Under the pieces are notes generated by a model, which was not told the DNA's origin, did no database searches, and saw only the letters and a list, made by a program, of their open reading frames with translations. A stretch of 64,000 nt of DNA from an uncultured Gammaproteobacteria bacterium (GTDB taxonomy: Bacteria > Pseudomonadota > Gammaproteobacteria > JASBUN01), in NCBI GenBank assembly GCA_963773585.1, contig CAVZBR010000001.1, forward strand, positions 814,905-878,904. The letters run 5' to 3'. A program made the translations under genes and the position numbers. Shown here piece after piece: positions 60,475 to 64,000 of the stretch. The first letter of the stretch is position 1, and each line of letters opens with the position of its first letter.

Positions 60475-63273
60475 ATGGGAAAGCCAATCAAACGCACGAC
60501 GTTGCCGAAAACGGCGCTACTGGCGGCCGCCGCTGCGGCTGCGCTGTGCGCGGCTGTGCCTTCGTTCGCCGCCCGAAACCATTTGCAAGCCGCACAGGCC
60601 GCGCTCCAGGACGACCAATTGCGCACTGCCGTGATCGAACTCAAGAACGCGCTCCAGGACGACCCGAAGGATGCGGAGGCACGCCTGCTACTGGGCAACA
60701 CCTATTTGCGCGCTGGGGATGTGATGTCGGCTGAAAAGGAATTGCGGCGCGCGGGCGACCTGGGCGTCCCACGAGACAAGTGGTTGATTCCGTTGGCCCA
60801 GGCGCGGTTGTGGCAAAACAAAGCCGGCGAGGTGCTCAAGGATCTGCAGGCGGAAAAAGGGGATTCCGAGGCGCTTCAAGTCGAGATCCATGCAATGCGT
60901 GCCGATGCTGCATTGATCGACCGAAATTCCAAACTGGCTCACGAAGAATTCGAACTGGCACGCCAGCTGGACCCCAAAAGCGCAAAAGTGTTGTTGTTGG
61001 AGGCGCAATTCGCCCGCCAGGATGGAAATGAGGCGCGGGCTGCCGCCCTTGCAGACCAAGCGATCGCGGCCAACCCAAAATTTCTCGAAGCTTACCTTCT
61101 CAAAGGTCGCATGCTCCAGCATCAGGGCAAATTCCAGGAAGCGCTGGCGGCGTACGAAAAGGGTGTGCAACTTAATCCCCACCACATCAGTCTGCGTATT
61201 GCGCAAGCTGGCGCTCATCTGGGATTGCGAAAGTACGACGAGGCGGAACAGGATCTCAACGCCCTCGGACAGATCTCCAACCGATTGGTACTTGCCAGAT
61301 ACATGCGCGCATTGATTGCGCTGGGACGGGACCAGAATGAGGATGCTGAAAGCCGGCTCACGGAAATTCTTCGCAGCGCACCGGATTACGCCCCAGCCAA
61401 TCTGCTTCTCGGAGTCCTGAACTACCGAAAGGGGCAGCTGGAAACTGCGGAAAGCTTTTTATCGAAATTCGTCTCGATGCAACCTTCAGACCTGCGCGCG
61501 GTAAAACTGCTGTCAGTCGTGCGACTCAAGCGGGGAGATCCAAAAGGCGCACTGCAGATGCTCGAGCCCCGTGTATCCACAGTCGGTGACGATCCGCAGT
61601 TCTTTGCATTGCTCGGCACTGCGTACATGAAGAACGGCGACTTTACAAAGGGAAACGAGTACTTGAATCGCGCCGCGGACCTGGCGCCCAATGAGGCTGC
61701 TATCAGGACCCAACTTGGTATCAGCCAACTGGGTAGCGGCGATACCGGACGCGCGGTCTCTGAGCTCGAGGCGGCCGTACAATTGGACCCCGATCTGATT
61801 CAGGCGGATCTGTTGTTGGTCATGGTGCACTTGCGCCAAGGGCAGTATGACGAAGCGCTGAAATCGGCACAGGCTATGGCCAAGCGCCACCCGGACAATC
61901 CGATGCCCTATAACGTAATCGGTGCCGCATATTTGAGTAAAGGTGACCGTAAACAGGCCCGCGAGTATTTTCTCAAGGCTTTGGAGATCGATCCAAAATT
62001 CAACGCCGCGCGCATCAATTTAGCTCGCTTGGAGGAGGTTGACGGCAACAACGATGCGGGGCGCAAGTGGCTTGAGCAAGCGCTGGAGCAGGATCCGGGC
62101 AACCTGCGAGTGCTGCTCATGCTTGCGCAATTGGCTGAGCGCAGCGGCGACGCGCAACTGGTGCGTAAGCGCCTGGAAGAGGCGCGCGATGCCAACCCGA
62201 AAGCGATCGAGCCACGGGTACTGCTGACCCGGCTGGAGCTGTCGAACAACGAGCCATTGAAGGCGCTGTCTACCGCGCGTCAATTGGCCAACGATCATCC
62301 GCGCAATCCACTGGCATTACGCGCGCTGGGCCAAGCACAACTCGCGGCAGGCGAAACTGCGAGCGCCGTGGTGACTTTCGAGCGGTTCGTCGAAGTGCAG
62401 CCGAAGTCCGCCCAGGCCTATTATCTGCTCGCCGCGGCTCGGGTGAAGGCGCAGGACGTCGCCGGCGCGAGCCGCGCGCTCGATACCGGCCTCGGCCTCG
62501 ATCCCGATCACGTGCCAAGTTTGCTGTTGCGCGGTGAACTGCAGATCAAACGCGGCGCTACCGACGACGCGCTGAAATCAGCACGACACTTGCAAGAAAA
62601 GTTTCCCCAATCCACAGCTGGCTACCGACTCGAAGGGGACATCGAACTCCATCAGAAGGATTACAAGAAAGCGGAAAGTGCGTTCAAGGCTGCCTATGCG
62701 ATCGGTCCGGCACGGGACCTGGCGCTCGTGCTGGTCAAGGTTCGTCAGCAATTGGGCGACGATCACGGCGTGGAAGCAATTCTCGAGGATTGGCTGAAGA
62801 AGAATCCTGGCGACGTCGATTCCCGGCTCTTGCTTGCCTCGGTCTTGCAAGCGAGCGGTCAGGCGAAAGCGTCCATCCGTGAATACGAAGCGAGCCTTAA
62901 GTCGCGCCCGGAAAGCGCGGTCGCATTGAACAACTTGGCGTGGCTATACGAGCAAGAAGGAGCCCGGCAACGTTCATTGCAATATGCGACTGAGGCCTAT
63001 CGCATCAGCCCCGATCGGCCGGAGATTGCCGATACCTATGGTTGGATGCAAGTCCAATACGGCGATCCCGCTTCGGGCTTACGCGTTTTGGAATCAGCCT
63101 CGGCCAAGGCGCCCCACATTCCCGCTATCAAGTATCATCTAGCGTATGCGCGTTACAAAACCGGCGACGTCCAGCAAGCGCGAAAAGAGCTTGAACGGCT
63201 ATTGCGAACGACGCCGAAATTTCCAGAAAGCGACGCCGCACACGCCTTATTGCAAAAACTGGGCGGGACTTGA
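60475..63273 (+). CDS. prsT: PEP-CTERM system TPR-repeat lipoprotein PrsT
   Basis: About 930 aa with a signal peptide and TPR repeats throughout. Lies downstream of prsK/prsR. The start is taken at the ATG at 60475 after a GGGAGGG RBS. Confidence 0.75.
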   Translation: MGKPIKRTTLPKTALLAAAAAAALCAAVPSFAARNHLQAAQAALQDDQLRTAVIELKNALQDDPKDAEARLLLGNTYLRAGDVMSAEKELRRAGDLGVPRDKWLIPLAQARLWQNKAGEVLKDLQAEKGDSEALQVEIHAMRADAALIDRNSKLAHEEFELARQLDPKSAKVLLLEAQFARQDGNEARAAALADQAIAANPKFLEAYLLKGRMLQHQGKFQEALAAYEKGVQLNPHHISLRIAQAGAHLGLRKYDEAEQDLNALGQISNRLVLARYMRALIALGRDQNEDAESRLTEILRSAPDYAPANLLLGVLNYRKGQLETAESFLSKFVSMQPSDLRAVKLLSVVRLKRGDPKGALQMLEPRVSTVGDDPQFFALLGTAYMKNGDFTKGNEYLNRAADLAPNEAAIRTQLGISQLGSGDTGRAVSELEAAVQLDPDLIQADLLLVMVHLRQGQYDEALKSAQAMAKRHPDNPMPYNVIGAAYLSKGDRKQAREYFLKALEIDPKFNAARINLARLEEVDGNNDAGRKWLEQALEQDPGNLRVLLMLAQLAERSGDAQLVRKRLEEARDANPKAIEPRVLLTRLELSNNEPLKALSTARQLANDHPRNPLALRALGQAQLAAGETASAVVTFERFVEVQPKSAQAYYLLAAARVKAQDVAGASRALDTGLGLDPDHVPSLLLRGELQIKRGATDDALKSARHLQEKFPQSTAGYRLEGDIELHQKDYKKAESAFKAAYAIGPARDLALVLVKVRQQLGDDHGVEAILEDWLKKNPGDVDSRLLLASVLQASGQAKASIREYEASLKSRPESAVALNNLAWLYEQEGARQRSLQYATEAYRISPDRPEIADTYGWMQVQYGDPASGLRVLESASAKAPHIPAIKYHLAYARYKTGDVQQARKELERLLRTTPKFPESDAAHALLQKLGGT

Positions 63274-63465
63274 TGCTCCTCCGCATTGTATGGATCGGCG
63301 GTTCCTAGGGCGCTAACGAGCTACCGGAACGCATGCACCGGACGCGGCTGCACGTCGCTCTGCTGTGCACACTCGTGTCTGGTGTTTAGTAGTGCGAAAT
63401 TTAATTCTGCGAGGTCAGTGTAAAAAATGCAGTCTGAGTGTCTTGTTGAGAAGCGAAATGTAGTC

Positions 63466-64000
63466 ATGAAGCTCCGACAGTTGTCGGCCGCGGGCTTGCT
63501 GGCCGTAATACTCGCCGGCTGCGGACATGACTTCACCGATGCGCAGTATGTCGAGCGCGCAAAAGATGCAATGGACAAAGGCGACCTGCGCGCAGGTGTT
63601 ATTGAGCTGAAAAACGCAATCGGAAAGAATTCCGAAAACGCCGAAGCGCGTTGGCTGCTCGGAAAGGCCTATCTGAAAGTTGGAAACGGCGCCGCCGCCG
63701 AAAAGGAGTTGGAGCGTGCGAAAGAGTTCGGGATTCCTGAAGACGTGCTGGCGCCCTCGCTTGCACAGGCGAAACTGCTGCAAGGTGAATATCAAGCCGT
63801 GCTGGCACTTGCGCATGAACGCAATGAGCTTTCCAAGGAAGAAAATGCCGCGCTGGTTTCAGTTCGGGGTGACGCCTATCTGGGTCTTGGCGACTATGGG
63901 CGCGCGAGTGAAGAGTACAAACGAGCTCTTACATTGGCGCCCCAATTTGGAGACGCTCTCATCGGGCAAGCCAATGTCGCGCTAGCACAAAACAGGTTGG
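63466..64000 (+). CDS. second PrsT-like TPR lipoprotein (paralogue), 5' part, truncated by window end
   Basis: Lipobox LAGC. The N-terminal about 120 aa align with the PrsT N-terminus (VIELKNA..., AEKELxRA..., LAQAKLxQ). Confidence 0.7.
   Translation, partial: MKLRQLSAAGLLAVILAGCGHDFTDAQYVERAKDAMDKGDLRAGVIELKNAIGKNSENAEARWLLGKAYLKVGNGAAAEKELERAKEFGIPEDVLAPSLAQAKLLQGEYQAVLALAHERNELSKEENAALVSVRGDAYLGLGDYGRASEEYKRALTLAPQFGDALIGQANVALAQNRL

Overview
High-GC (about 63-65%) gammaproteobacterial chromosome segment. Gene order matches Pseudomonas-type synteny across two long blocks (as I recall Pseudomonas gene order), but the gene content (PEP-CTERM regulators, GH57, AmmeMemoRadiSam) argues against Pseudomonas itself.

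Positions 1-15.9 kb hold a polar-flagellum and chemotaxis supercluster on the + strand: fliR (3' end), flhB, flhA, flhF, fleN, fliA, cheY, cheZ, cheA, cheB, motA/motC, motB/motD, parC-like, parP-like, cheW and a DUF2802 gene. An array of about seven tandem ~59-bp hairpin repeats follows at 15.88-16.34 kb. Convergent on the - strand are a stand-alone FlhB C-terminal-domain paralogue and fliK.

Positions 18.1-21.7 kb hold a GYF-like/pentapeptide-repeat membrane protein and the three-gene AmmeMemoRadiSam cassette (AMMECR1 and MEMO on the - strand, a PflA-like radical SAM enzyme divergent on the + strand).

Positions 21.8-31.4 kb hold a glycogen/alpha-glucan cluster: glgB, glgC, a GH57 enzyme, malQ and glgP. 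No glgA lies in the window.

Positions 31.5-34.17 kb hold a 2.66-kb mini-island inserted at tRNA-Leu(CAA). It carries a tyrosine integrase, a small secreted protein and a MarR-like regulator, and is bounded by a 58-bp direct repeat of the tRNA 3' half.

Positions 34.3-52.8 kb hold a housekeeping block: queA, tgt, yajC, secD, secF, two small hypotheticals, suhB, trmJ, cysE, iscR, ndk, rlmN, pilW, rodZ, hisS, yfgM, bamB and der. iscR stands alone: no iscSUA-hscBA-fdx genes follow it, and ispG is absent from the rodZ-hisS gap.

Positions 52.8-64 kb hold yqcC-like, a TviB/WbpA-type nucleotide-sugar dehydrogenase, a small cNMP-binding protein, then the PEP-CTERM/exosortase regulatory locus: EpsB-type sugar transferase, PrsK histidine kinase, PrsR sigma-54 activator, the PrsT TPR lipoprotein and a tandem PrsT paralogue truncated by the window end.

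No rRNA, CRISPR array or obvious defence system is present. The less ordinary items are the hairpin-repeat array, the tRNA-Leu mini-island, the orphan iscR, the AmmeMemoRadiSam cassette, the repeat-containing CheA linker and the duplicated PrsT.
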